A DNA stretch of 64,000 nucleotides from an uncultured Flavobacteriaceae bacterium (GCA_963793325.1 CAWBZU010000001.1:659314-723313), one strand, 5' to 3'. Counted from the stretch's first letter, positions 19,407-28,652 are shown. The notes: generated by a model from the letters alone, not told the origin. Numbers and translations are program-made.

Positions 19407-19985
19407 ATGAAAAAGTATGTATTAAGTCTGGCACTGGCCATAGTTTTTGGAGCAACAGCAGTTGCTAGTAACGTAAATAACGACGAAAAGAAAGAAGTTA
19501 AGGCAAATGAAAGCAAGGTTTCCTGGAAAGCATACAAGGTTACCGGTTCTCATACTGGTACTGTTAACCTAAAATCAGGAGCCCTAATCTTTGATGAAGG
19601 CAAACTGACAGGAGGAGAGTTTGAAGTGGACATGACATCTTTGGTTTCTACGGATCTGGAAGGGGAATATAAAGGTAAGTTAGAAGGACATCTTAAGTCT
19701 GATGATTTCTTTGGAGTAGAAAACCATCCAAATTCAACCCTGGTTTTTACCAACGTTAAGGCCACCGGTAAAAATTCTTACGAAGTACAGGGAGACCTAA
19801 CCATTAAAGGAATAACCAAACCGGTTACTTTTGATGTTTCCGTTTATGGAAGTAAGGCCACAGCTACTTTAAAAATAGATAGGGCCCAATACGATGTCAA
19901 GTACGGTTCCGGAAGTTTCTTTGATGATCTGGGCGATAAAACAATCTATGATGAATTTGATCTGGTAGTGGATCTGGAATTCTAA
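19407..19985 (+). CDS. YceI family (polyisoprenoid-binding) periplasmic protein
   Basis: 192 aa with a signal peptide and YceI blocks (SKVSWKAYKVTGSHTGTV, HLKSDDFFGVENHPNSTLVF, GDLTIKGITKPVTFDV). Confidence 0.87.
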   Translation: MKKYVLSLALAIVFGATAVASNVNNDEKKEVKANESKVSWKAYKVTGSHTGTVNLKSGALIFDEGKLTGGEFEVDMTSLVSTDLEGEYKGKLEGHLKSDDFFGVENHPNSTLVFTNVKATGKNSYEVQGDLTIKGITKPVTFDVSVYGSKATATLKIDRAQYDVKYGSGSFFDDLGDKTIYDEFDLVVDLEF

Positions 19986-20004
19986 GAAATTTTAATTCTT
20001 ATTT

Positions 20005-20040
20005 AAATCCTGAATACGATGATATTCAGGATTTTTTATT
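20005..20040 (+). terminator. Intrinsic terminator after the MarR-nitroreductase-YceI operon
   Basis: aaatcctgaata-cgatga-tattcaggattt followed by tttatt. The stem is 12 bp. Confidence 0.8.
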
Positions 20041-20148
20041 TAATGACATCCAATTCTGCTATTAAGATAAATGCTTTAATAAAGTCCAATTCTCCCTGCA
20101 CGAAATTTTTATCTACACATAAAATCAGTGAAATTAGTCCTAAACCCT

Positions 20149-20156
20149 TATTTTTG
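20149..20156 (+). promoter_or_regulatory. -7 promoter box TATTTTTG
   Basis: Exact TAnnTTTG match ending 14 nt upstream of the ATG at 20171. Confidence 0.45.
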
Positions 20157-20170
20157 AACAAAAATATAAA

Positions 20171-21730
20171 ATGACATTTAACGCATTCTCTCGCTTAGCT
20201 GGTTCGTTAGTTTTTTTATTGCTTATTTTAAGTAGTTGTGGTTCCGAATTGGAATATTCCATAAAATCCTCTGTAAACCCTTATAAAATATCGCCATTAA
20301 CCGCTCTTTTAGAAATTGAAACAGAAAAACCCTGCAATGTTTCAATTAGGGTTCTGGGTGAGATACCTGTAGAACAAACTTTCAATCATAACGCCACCAA
20401 GCTGGACATTCCGGTAGTGGGCTTATACCCAAATACCCTCAATAATGTGGTAGTTACACTCGCTTACGAAGGCGGGCAGGTAATAGATACTATTCAACTG
20501 AAAACAGAAAGCACCCCAAGTTATTTTCCTAAAATAGTTATTAACAAGCTAAATCGAAATGAAATGGAACCTGGTATGCATGCTTGCGATATACATTTTG
20601 CCAACAATGGGAAGTTTAAATCAGGACCACTATTTTTTGACGACCAGGGGCAGGTTAGATGGTTTCTGGATCTGAGTTTTGCCGGTAAAATGGTTAGCCC
20701 ATTTCAGCGCCTTAAGGATGGAACAATATTAATGGTGAGCAGACATATGATTTATGAATTTGATATGTTGGGCAAACTATTAAAAGAAACCCAAATAAAT
20801 ACAAATTTAGGCATGCACCATGATGTGGTAGAGTTACCCGATGGAAATTTACTGGTATGTGTTGGAGTAAGAGAACAATTTATAAACCTGGATGGCAAGA
20901 AGGTTAAATCTGATAGTGACTATATAGCCCTAATTGACCGAAAAAATTCCAAAATTTTACGGGTATGGGATTTAGCCAAATATTTAGATGTAAGCAGAAA
21001 TGAATTAAACTTTTTCAGACCTGGTGATTGGCTCCATATGAATGGACTGGCTTTTGATCCGGAAGATAATTCTATTATTGTTTCCGGGAAAAACCAGGGA
21101 TTAGTAAAAATTTCCTGGAATGATACGCTACAATGGATAATGGCTCCAAAAAAAGGCTGGGGAAAATCGGGTAGGGATGGAAAAGGGTTCGAAACAAAAC
21201 CGTATTTATTAACCGCTGTTGATGATCAAGGGAAACCATACCTAAGTAGTGTTCAGGAAGGGAGAGTAAGTTCTGAAGAATTTGACTTCCCCTGGGGAAT
21301 GCATTCTCCAAGTCTATTGCCCAATGGCAATCTATTCGTATTCGACAACGGTACCTATCGAAATTTTGAAAACAAAACGCATTATTCCCGTGCGGTAGAA
21401 TATAGTATAAATGATAAGGATAAAACCGTTACACAGGTTTGGCAATATGGCAAAGAAAGAGGAGAAGAATTTTTCTCCACGATCATTGGTGATGTGGATT
21501 ATCTGGCCAAATCAAACAATGTTTTGGTTACTTCAGGTTATCTGACAAGAGGTGAGAGTCTTTCCGGTAAAATAGTTGAAGTAGATTATGAGACTGGTAA
21601 GGAAGTCTTTGAGGCAACACTTTATTTTAAAAATGAAAATAACAACGAAATTCGTAATTATGGACAAACAGGTAATTGGGGGCAGACAGATATTCTATAT
21701 AGATCTGAAAGGATGGAGTTGAAATATTAA
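20171..21730 (+). CDS. Arylsulfotransferase (ASST)-like beta-propeller lipoprotein
   Basis: 519 aa with a lipobox (LLILSSCGS). Recalled resemblance to Bacteroidota aryl-sulfate sulfotransferase family proteins, with propeller-like repeats (HHDVVELPDGNLLV, HMNGLAFDPEDNSIIVSG, LLPNGNLFVFDNG). Not verified by search. Confidence 0.55.
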   Translation: MTFNAFSRLAGSLVFLLLILSSCGSELEYSIKSSVNPYKISPLTALLEIETEKPCNVSIRVLGEIPVEQTFNHNATKLDIPVVGLYPNTLNNVVVTLAYEGGQVIDTIQLKTESTPSYFPKIVINKLNRNEMEPGMHACDIHFANNGKFKSGPLFFDDQGQVRWFLDLSFAGKMVSPFQRLKDGTILMVSRHMIYEFDMLGKLLKETQINTNLGMHHDVVELPDGNLLVCVGVREQFINLDGKKVKSDSDYIALIDRKNSKILRVWDLAKYLDVSRNELNFFRPGDWLHMNGLAFDPEDNSIIVSGKNQGLVKISWNDTLQWIMAPKKGWGKSGRDGKGFETKPYLLTAVDDQGKPYLSSVQEGRVSSEEFDFPWGMHSPSLLPNGNLFVFDNGTYRNFENKTHYSRAVEYSINDKDKTVTQVWQYGKERGEEFFSTIIGDVDYLAKSNNVLVTSGYLTRGESLSGKIVEVDYETGKEVFEATLYFKNENNNEIRNYGQTGNWGQTDILYRSERMELKY

Positions 21731-21823
21731 TTAGTCATATAATTAAGTGACATCGTTTTTAGGAATATGGTAATCAGGGTTTATATTTCCTGTAAATTGA
21801 TTTGTATATATGAAATTCCTTTT

Positions 21824-21831
21824 TATATTTG
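21824..21831 (+). promoter_or_regulatory. -7 promoter box TATATTTG upstream of the trp leader
   Basis: Exact TAnnTTTG match whose G lies 5 nt before the ATG at 21837. A near copy, TTGATTTG (21797..21804), lies 5 nt before an in-frame ATG at 21810. Confidence 0.45.
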
Positions 21832-21836
21832 ACTCT

Positions 21837-21893
21837 ATGAAATTCAGAATAGTAAATACTTGGTGGTGGAATAACTTACGTATTAAGTCGTGA
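21837..21893 (+). CDS. trp operon leader peptide MKFRIVNTWWWNNLRIKS (alternative in-frame start at 21810)
   Basis: An 18-codon ORF with three consecutive TGG codons at 21861..21869. It lies directly upstream of a terminator hairpin and trpE. Confidence 0.6.
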   Translation: MKFRIVNTWWWNNLRIKS

Positions 21894-21922
21894 GCTAAGC
21901 ACCATTGTAGTATTACTATACG

Positions 21923-21960
21923 AAAAGGCTTGTCTATCGCGACAAGCCTTTTTGATTTTT
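21923..21960 (+). terminator. trp attenuator / intrinsic terminator
   Basis: aaaaggcttgtc-tatcgc-gacaagcctttt followed by tgattttt. The stem is 12 bp, and the structure ends 33 nt before the trpE ATG. Confidence 0.78.
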
Positions 21961-21993
21961 AATAGTTAGTATCAGAAACTAAAAGTTGCAGTC

Positions 21994-23391
21994 ATGCCAT
22001 ATGAACTTAAAACATATTATAAAAAAATACTCGCAGACACAATTACCCCTGTAAGTGTATATCTAAAAATTCGGGATAGATTTCCCAATAGTATTCTTTT
22101 GGAGAGTAGTGATTACAGGGCCAACGATAATACCTTTTCTTATATCTGTTGTAATCCAATAGCATCTATCAAGGTGAAGGATGAACAAATAATTCAATTA
22201 TTTCCTGATAAATCGGATAGTGAAATAGCTATAAATCATGAAACGGATGTCGTGGAAATCATTCATGAATTCAGCCAAAAATTTAAGACTGCCTCTAATG
22301 GCTTTAAATTTATAAACAATGGGTTGTTCGGATACATGTCTTATGATGCAGTGCGATACTTTGAAGATATATCTATCACAAAAAAAGAAGGCGCACTGGA
22401 TATTCCTGACATATACTACGCCGTTTATCAAAATATTATTGCCATAAATCACTTTAAGAATGAAGCATATATATTTGCGCATTGTTATAATTCTGAAAAC
22501 AATATTTCAGAAATTGAACAACTACTTAATGTAAGAAATTTTGCTTCATATAATTTCAGAAAGGAAGGCGAACCTACCTCAAATCTGAATGATGAAGAAT
22601 ATAAAGAACATGTTTCCCTGGCTAAGAAGCATTGCAAAAGAGGTGATGTTTTTCAATTGGTTCTTTCCAGAAGGTTTTCACAAGGGTTTAAAGGGGATGA
22701 ATTTAACGTTTACCGGGCCCTTCGCTCTGTTAACCCATCACCATATCTGTTTTATTTTGATTACGGAGACTTCAAAATCTTTGGCAGTTCACCAGAAGCA
22801 CAATTGATTGTTAAAGACGGAAAAGCTGAAATACATCCCATTGCCGGTACATTTAAAAGAACCGGAAATGATGAAGAGGATGCATTACTGGCTAAAAAAC
22901 TGACTGAAGATGCAAAAGAAAACAGTGAACATGTTATGCTTGTAGATCTTGCACGTAATGATCTGAGCAGGCACGGCAATATGGTAAATGTTGAAAACTA
23001 TAAGGAAGTTCAGTTCTTTTCTCATGTCATACATCTGGTTTCCAAAGTTACCGGGCAAAAGAAAAAGGAAACTCCAACAATGAAAGTTGTGGCAGATACC
23101 TTTCCCGCAGGAACCCTGAGTGGGGCACCTAAACACATGGCTATGCAACTCATTGAAAAGTATGAGCCCACAAACAGAGATTATTATGGAGGCGCCATTG
23201 GGTTTATGGATTTTGATGGGGATTTTAATCATGCTATTATGATCCGGACATTTTTAAGTAAGAATCACCGGCTTCACTACCAGGCTGGAGCAGGACTGGT
23301 AGCTGCCTCTGAACCGGAAAAGGAGTTACAGGAAACTTACAACAAATTAGGCGCTCTAAATAAGGCCCTGGTAATAGCAGAAAGTATTTGA
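21994..23391 (+). CDS. trpE: Anthranilate synthase component I
   Basis: 465 aa, with LLESS near the N-terminus and a chorismate-binding C-terminal domain (FPAGTLSGAPKHMAMQLIEKYE, YGGAIGF). Confidence 0.96.
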   Translation: MPYELKTYYKKILADTITPVSVYLKIRDRFPNSILLESSDYRANDNTFSYICCNPIASIKVKDEQIIQLFPDKSDSEIAINHETDVVEIIHEFSQKFKTASNGFKFINNGLFGYMSYDAVRYFEDISITKKEGALDIPDIYYAVYQNIIAINHFKNEAYIFAHCYNSENNISEIEQLLNVRNFASYNFRKEGEPTSNLNDEEYKEHVSLAKKHCKRGDVFQLVLSRRFSQGFKGDEFNVYRALRSVNPSPYLFYFDYGDFKIFGSSPEAQLIVKDGKAEIHPIAGTFKRTGNDEEDALLAKKLTEDAKENSEHVMLVDLARNDLSRHGNMVNVENYKEVQFFSHVIHLVSKVTGQKKKETPTMKVVADTFPAGTLSGAPKHMAMQLIEKYEPTNRDYYGGAIGFMDFDGDFNHAIMIRTFLSKNHRLHYQAGAGLVAASEPEKELQETYNKLGALNKALVIAESI

Positions 23392-23411
23392 TAAAAGACT
23401 ATAAAAAAGGA

Positions 23412-23978
23412 ATGAGCAAAATACTTATTATAGATAATTACGATAGTTTTACTTATAACCTGGTGCATTATCTGCAAGATTTGGGGTGCGAAGTGGTAGT
23501 TAAACGAAATGACCAGTTAAAGTTAAAGGAAGTTGATGACTATGAGAAAATCGTACTATCGCCAGGACCTGGCATACCTGATGAAGCTGGGCTTCTTAAA
23601 GAAATAATTGCAAAATATGCCCCAACTAAAAGTATATTTGGGGTTTGTCTTGGGCAACAGGCAATAGCTGAAGTATTTGGAGGCAAATTGATAAATTTGG
23701 ATGAAGTGTATCATGGAGTCGCCACAAAAATAGTCCTCGAAAAGAATGAGCCTTTGTTTAAGGGATTACCGGAAGAAATTGTAGTAGGCAGATATCATTC
23801 CTGGGTGGTGGATCCACATCTTCCGGATGTCCTGGAAGCCACCTCATTTGATGAGAAAGGTCAGTTAATGTCATTAAGACATAAAACGCATGATGTTTGC
23901 GCAGTGCAATTTCATCCAGAATCTGTCCTAACTCCGGATGGCAAGCAAATTCTTATAAATTGGCTTATGGGAAATTAA
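23412..23978 (+). CDS. trpG: Anthranilate synthase component II (glutamine amidotransferase)
   Basis: MSKILIIDNYDSFTYNLVHYL, catalytic GVCLGQQA, and HPES. The ATG at 23412 is preferred over the ORF-track TTG at 23388. Confidence 0.94.
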   Translation: MSKILIIDNYDSFTYNLVHYLQDLGCEVVVKRNDQLKLKEVDDYEKIVLSPGPGIPDEAGLLKEIIAKYAPTKSIFGVCLGQQAIAEVFGGKLINLDEVYHGVATKIVLEKNEPLFKGLPEEIVVGRYHSWVVDPHLPDVLEATSFDEKGQLMSLRHKTHDVCAVQFHPESVLTPDGKQILINWLMGN

Positions 23979-24011
23979 ACTGTTTTTGCCTCTGCATTAA
24001 AATTAAAGTCA

Positions 24012-25004
24012 ATGAAAACGATATTAAATAAACTGATCAATCACGACATCCTCTCCAAAGAAGATGCAAAACAGGTATTGGTTAATATGGCCAAAGGATC
24101 TTATAATAACAGTCAGATTGCGGCTTTTCTGACAGTATATATGATGCGTGCTATTACCATTGAGGAATTGGAAGGGTTTCGGGATGCGCTTTTGGAACTT
24201 TGCCTGGCTATAGATCTGTCTGAATACAATCCGATTGACCTTTGTGGCACTGGCGGTGATGGTAAGGACACGTTTAATATTTCTACTCTGGCCTCCTTTG
24301 TTACAGCAGGAGCAGGCATTAAGGTTACCAAACATGGTAATTATGGAGTATCATCAGCCTGTGGCAGCAGTAATGTAATGGAATTTTTAGGGGTAAAATT
24401 CAGCAATGATAGCAACTTTCTAAGAAAATCAATAGATGAAGCCGGGATTTGTGTACTGCATGCCCCCTTGTTTCATCCTGCAATGAAAAATGTAGCCCCC
24501 ATTAGACGAGAACTTGCAGTCAAGACTTTTTTCAACATGCTGGGGCCCATGGTAAATCCGGCCTTTCCCAAAAATCAAATCGTAGGTGTTTTTAATTTGG
24601 AGTTAGCACGTATGTATGGGTATCTCTATCAGAATACTGATAAAAAATATATGGTTCTTCATGCATTGGATGGATATGACGAAATTTCATTGACGGGAAG
24701 TACCAAAGTTATTTCCAACAAAACAGAAGCTATTTTAACGCCATCAGATTTTGGAGTCGAAATTGTATCGGAAAGTGAAATAGCTGGAGGTGAAAGTATT
24801 GACCAATCTGCACAAATATTTATGAACATCTTACAAGGAAAAGGCACAGAGGCTCAAAACAATGTGGTCTGTGCTAATGCCGGGGTTGCTATCGCCACGG
24901 TTTTAAATGTCAGCCCAAAACAAGGTTTTGAAAAAGCAAAGGAATCTTTGCTCAGCCTAAATGGCCTCAATGCCTTAAGAAAATTACAGCAATTAAGTGC
25001 CTGA
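24012..25004 (+). CDS. trpD: Anthranilate phosphoribosyltransferase
   Basis: 330 aa with motifs DLCGTGGDGKDTFNIST and KHGN. Confidence 0.96.
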   Translation: MKTILNKLINHDILSKEDAKQVLVNMAKGSYNNSQIAAFLTVYMMRAITIEELEGFRDALLELCLAIDLSEYNPIDLCGTGGDGKDTFNISTLASFVTAGAGIKVTKHGNYGVSSACGSSNVMEFLGVKFSNDSNFLRKSIDEAGICVLHAPLFHPAMKNVAPIRRELAVKTFFNMLGPMVNPAFPKNQIVGVFNLELARMYGYLYQNTDKKYMVLHALDGYDEISLTGSTKVISNKTEAILTPSDFGVEIVSESEIAGGESIDQSAQIFMNILQGKGTEAQNNVVCANAGVAIATVLNVSPKQGFEKAKESLLSLNGLNALRKLQQLSA

Positions 25005-25789
25005 TGGATATATTAGAAAAAATAGTGGTTGATAAGAAAAGTGAAATAAAACTTAAAAAAACCGTAATCCCCATCAGGCATTTGGAGGCCTCTTTGCTCT
25101 TTCAAAGAAAGCCTGTATCACTGGCTAATTCACTGAGAAAAAGTAAAACCGGGATTATTGCCGAGTACAAAAGAAGGTCGCCTTCCAGATCTGTGATCAA
25201 TCAAAATTCCAGTGTTCAGGATGTGGCTTTGGGGTATAAAAATGCCGGGGCCTGTGGTATGTCTGTTTTAACAGATGGCAAATATTTTGGAGGATCTCTT
25301 GATGATTTGGTTATTGCCAGAGCCGCCGCAGATTTTCCACTGTTGAGAAAAGAATTCATTATAGATGAATACCAGATCATAGAAGCCCGATCGCACGGTG
25401 CTGACACTATATTACTTATCGCAGCCATTTTGACCAGAAAAGAAATTAAAGCCTTTTCCGAATTGGCTAAAAGCCTACAACTAGATGTTTTATTGGAAGT
25501 TCATAATGAGGAAGAATTAGACAAATCAATAATGCCCAGCCTGGATTTGTTAGGGGTAAATAATCGGAACCTGAAAAACTTTGAAGTAAATTTAGAAACC
25601 AGCATTTCGCTTTCCAAACTGATTCCAAATGAGTTCGTAAAAGTCTCGGAAAGCGGTATCAGCTCCGTTTCCTCCATTAAAATGCTCAGAGAACAAGGGT
25701 ATGAAGGTTTCTTAGTTGGAGAAAACTTCATGAAGACAACAAACCCTGGGAAGAGTGCGGCGGAGTTTATAAAACAAATGGCAACATGA
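25004..25789 (+). CDS. trpC: Indole-3-glycerol phosphate synthase
   Basis: 261 aa with IAEYKRRSPS, LRKEFIIDEYQI and LLEVH blocks. The start overlaps the trpD stop (TGATG). Confidence 0.94.
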   Translation: MDILEKIVVDKKSEIKLKKTVIPIRHLEASLLFQRKPVSLANSLRKSKTGIIAEYKRRSPSRSVINQNSSVQDVALGYKNAGACGMSVLTDGKYFGGSLDDLVIARAAADFPLLRKEFIIDEYQIIEARSHGADTILLIAAILTRKEIKAFSELAKSLQLDVLLEVHNEEELDKSIMPSLDLLGVNNRNLKNFEVNLETSISLSKLIPNEFVKVSESGISSVSSIKMLREQGYEGFLVGENFMKTTNPGKSAAEFIKQMAT

Positions 25790-26427
25790 AACTAAAAATC
25801 TGTGGCATGAAGGATAATATTGAGGAAGTTGCAGAATTGCAACCAGATTACCTCGGTTTTATTTTTTGGAAGCCATCCAAACGTTACTTTGATGGCCCAA
25901 TACCACTATTACCCAAAACAATTGGCAAAGTTGGGGTTTTTGTTGATGCAAATATTGATGAAATAATAAATCACACCCATAAATATGGTTTAAATGCCAT
26001 CCAACTTCATGGAAAAGAATCTCCTGAATTCTGTGAGAACCTTAAAGTACGATTAAAAAAACATAACATTAAGGCGGACATTCTTAAAGTCTTTAGTATT
26101 ACAGACGGTTTTAACTTTTCACAACTAAGCGCATATGAGAATTCAACTGATTTCTTTTTATTTGACACAAAGGGAAAGTTACCCGGTGGTAATGGATATC
26201 AGTTTAATTGGGAGGTCTTAAAGGGGTATTCGTCCCAAAAACCTTATTTCCTGAGTGGCGGAATTGGTCCGGGGGAGCTTGATAATCTTTTAGAATTTCT
26301 TCAAAAGGAAGAATCTAAATACTGCCATGCTATTGATGTTAACAGTAAATTTGAATCTGCTCCCGGCCTGAAGGATATTGATAAATTAGAAGAATTTAAA
26401 AAACGGTTGTTTGAAACCTGCTCATAA
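25786..26427 (+). CDS. trpF: Phosphoribosylanthranilate isomerase
   Basis: 213 aa with MKLKICGM, YLGFIF and IQLHG. ATGA overlap with trpC. Confidence 0.9.
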   Translation: MKLKICGMKDNIEEVAELQPDYLGFIFWKPSKRYFDGPIPLLPKTIGKVGVFVDANIDEIINHTHKYGLNAIQLHGKESPEFCENLKVRLKKHNIKADILKVFSITDGFNFSQLSAYENSTDFFLFDTKGKLPGGNGYQFNWEVLKGYSSQKPYFLSGGIGPGELDNLLEFLQKEESKYCHAIDVNSKFESAPGLKDIDKLEEFKKRLFETCS

Positions 26428-26433
26428 AAACAT

Positions 26434-27621
26434 ATGAAAATGACTTATCACGTTAATGAAAAAGGTTATTACGGAGAGTTTGGCGGAGCATTTATACCAG
26501 AAATGCTTTATCCGAATACTGAAGAACTCAGGCAAAACTATCTTCAGATTATGGAAGAACCTTCGTTTATTGAAGAATTCCGTGCATTATTAAAGGATTA
26601 TGTTGGAAGGCCTACCCCACTTTATTTTGCAAAACGTCTTTCAGATAAGTATCAAACTAAAATTTATTTGAAAAGAGAAGATTTATGTCATACAGGTGCC
26701 CATAAAGTTAACAATACGATTGGCCAGATATTAATGGCAAAAAGATTGGGTAAGACCAGAATTATTGCAGAAACAGGAGCAGGACAGCATGGGGTAGCCA
26801 CAGCAACAGTTTGTGCCCTTATGGGTATTGAGTGTGTGGTTTATATGGGTGAAATAGATATTGCGCGTCAGGCACCTAATGTTGCACGAATGAAAATGTT
26901 AGGGGCAGAAGTAAGACCCGCCTTGTCAGGCAGCAGAACTCTCAAAGATGCAACAAATGAGGCCATACGTGACTGGATAAATAATCCGGTAAACACACAT
27001 TATATTATTGGCTCTGTTGTTGGCCCCCATCCCTACCCCGATATGGTTGCCAGATTTCAATCTGTAATTTCAGAGGAAATACAATCTCAGCTACTTGAAA
27101 AAGAAGGAACCCCCAACCCTGATTTCATAGTTGCATGTGTAGGTGGTGGAAGCAATGCCGCAGGCGCATATTATCATTATCTTGATAATGAACATGTTGG
27201 GATTATTGCTGTGGAAGCCGCAGGAAAAGGAATTCATTCCGGGGAAAGTGCAGCAACTTCGGCATTGGGTAAAGTGGGTATCATTCACGGCAGTAAAACA
27301 CTTCTAATGCAAACAGGTGACGGTCAAATAACAGAACCTTATTCCATCTCTGCAGGTTTAGATTATCCGGGCGTTGGACCTATGCATGCCAATCTGTACA
27401 CCTCCGGAAGAGGTGAATTTATTTCTATAACAGATGATGAAGCCATGATCGCAGGACTTTTAGTCTCCCAATTAGAAGGTATTATTCCTGCTATAGAGAC
27501 ATCACATGCATTCGCCATTTTTGAGCACAGGAAATTTAAACAGGATGATATTGTGGTGGTGAACCTCTCCGGACGAGGGGATAAAGATTTACAGACCTAT
27601 ATAGATTATTTCAAATTATAA
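26434..27621 (+). CDS. trpB: Tryptophan synthase beta chain
   Basis: 395 aa with the PLP-lysine motif HTGAHKVNN, plus GGGSNAAG and GRPTPLY. Confidence 0.98.
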   Translation: MKMTYHVNEKGYYGEFGGAFIPEMLYPNTEELRQNYLQIMEEPSFIEEFRALLKDYVGRPTPLYFAKRLSDKYQTKIYLKREDLCHTGAHKVNNTIGQILMAKRLGKTRIIAETGAGQHGVATATVCALMGIECVVYMGEIDIARQAPNVARMKMLGAEVRPALSGSRTLKDATNEAIRDWINNPVNTHYIIGSVVGPHPYPDMVARFQSVISEEIQSQLLEKEGTPNPDFIVACVGGGSNAAGAYYHYLDNEHVGIIAVEAAGKGIHSGESAATSALGKVGIIHGSKTLLMQTGDGQITEPYSISAGLDYPGVGPMHANLYTSGRGEFISITDDEAMIAGLLVSQLEGIIPAIETSHAFAIFEHRKFKQDDIVVVNLSGRGDKDLQTYIDYFKL

Positions 27622-27657
27622 TTGGTTTCATTAAAAAAGAGCCTGAAGTTATTTAAA

Positions 27658-28431
27658 ATGAAGAACAGAATACATAGAAAACTGGATGAAGAAAAAAAAC
27701 TACTTTCCATATACTTCACTGCCGGTTTTCCCAATTTAAATGATACGGTTTCCATAATTCAGGATTTGGAAAATCAAGGTGTTGATATGATAGAAATTGG
27801 CTTGCCTTTCAGTGACCCACTGGCAGATGGGCCTACTATTCAGAAAAGTTCCACCATAGCCTTGAAAAATGGCATGGGAACGGAGTTACTCTTTAATCAA
27901 TTAAAAGACATAAGAAAAACTGTTTCTATCCCCTTGATAATTATGGGGTATTTTAATCCGGTTTTGCAGTACGGGGTGGAGAATTTCTGTAAAAAATGCA
28001 AGGAAACTGGTATAGATGGGCTCATCCTTCCAGACTTACCGCTGGACGTATATCTGGAGGAATATGAAGCAATCTTCAGGAAATATAACTTAATTAATAT
28101 ATTTCTAATCACTCCCCAAACCAGCGCATTACGTATCTCTCAAATAGATGAAGCCTCAAACGGATTTATTTATATGGTAAGTTCGGCAAGTACCACTGGT
28201 GCCAAAAATGGATTAGGAGCAGAACAGGAAGCCTACTTTGAGCGAATTGCCCGGATGAATCTGAAAAATCCACAAATTGTGGGATTTGGCATCAGCAATG
28301 CCCGGACGTTTGAACAGGCGACAAATACCGCCAAGGGAGCTATCATAGGTTCAGCATTTATTAAAATGCTATCTCAACAAGGCACGGCCGGTATTTCAGA
28401 TTTTATAAAAACCATAAAACCCGCATCATGA
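27658..28431 (+). CDS. trpA: Tryptophan synthase alpha chain
   Basis: MKNRIHRKLDEEKKLLSIYFTAGFP..., IEIGLPFSDPLADGPTIQ and GFGIS. The ATG at 27658 is preferred over the ORF-track TTG at 27622. Confidence 0.94.
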   Translation: MKNRIHRKLDEEKKLLSIYFTAGFPNLNDTVSIIQDLENQGVDMIEIGLPFSDPLADGPTIQKSSTIALKNGMGTELLFNQLKDIRKTVSIPLIIMGYFNPVLQYGVENFCKKCKETGIDGLILPDLPLDVYLEEYEAIFRKYNLINIFLITPQTSALRISQIDEASNGFIYMVSSASTTGAKNGLGAEQEAYFERIARMNLKNPQIVGFGISNARTFEQATNTAKGAIIGSAFIKMLSQQGTAGISDFIKTIKPAS

Positions 28432-28652
28432 GCATAATCAACAATTTGAAAATTATAATTTTATTATGTCTGACCCTGGGGTTGGCTCCTTTTTTCCCTG
28501 AACCTCATTTATGGGGTAAAATAAAATGGGTTTTAGGAGGTGGTATAGGGATGGCACTCTTGGACTGGTTTGATCTTTTTTTTCATGGCTTTCCATTTAT
28601 CCTTTTATTTCGCGTACTTATTTTAAGACTAAAGCATTTGATCAACCCATAG
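28428..28652 (+). CDS. Small (74-aa) two-TM membrane protein, translationally coupled to trpA
   Basis: ATGA overlap with the trpA stop. Two hydrophobic helices (IIILLCLTLGLAPFF and FHGFPFILLFRVLIL) flank a GGGIGMALLDWFD loop. Function unknown. Confidence 0.5.
   Translation: MSIINNLKIIILLCLTLGLAPFFPEPHLWGKIKWVLGGGIGMALLDWFDLFFHGFPFILLFRVLILRLKHLINP

Noticed and set aside
22885-23232. A 115-aa minus-strand ORF inside trpE, and an ORF at 24024..24335 inside trpD.
   Set aside because: These are antisense shadow ORFs within well-supported trp genes.
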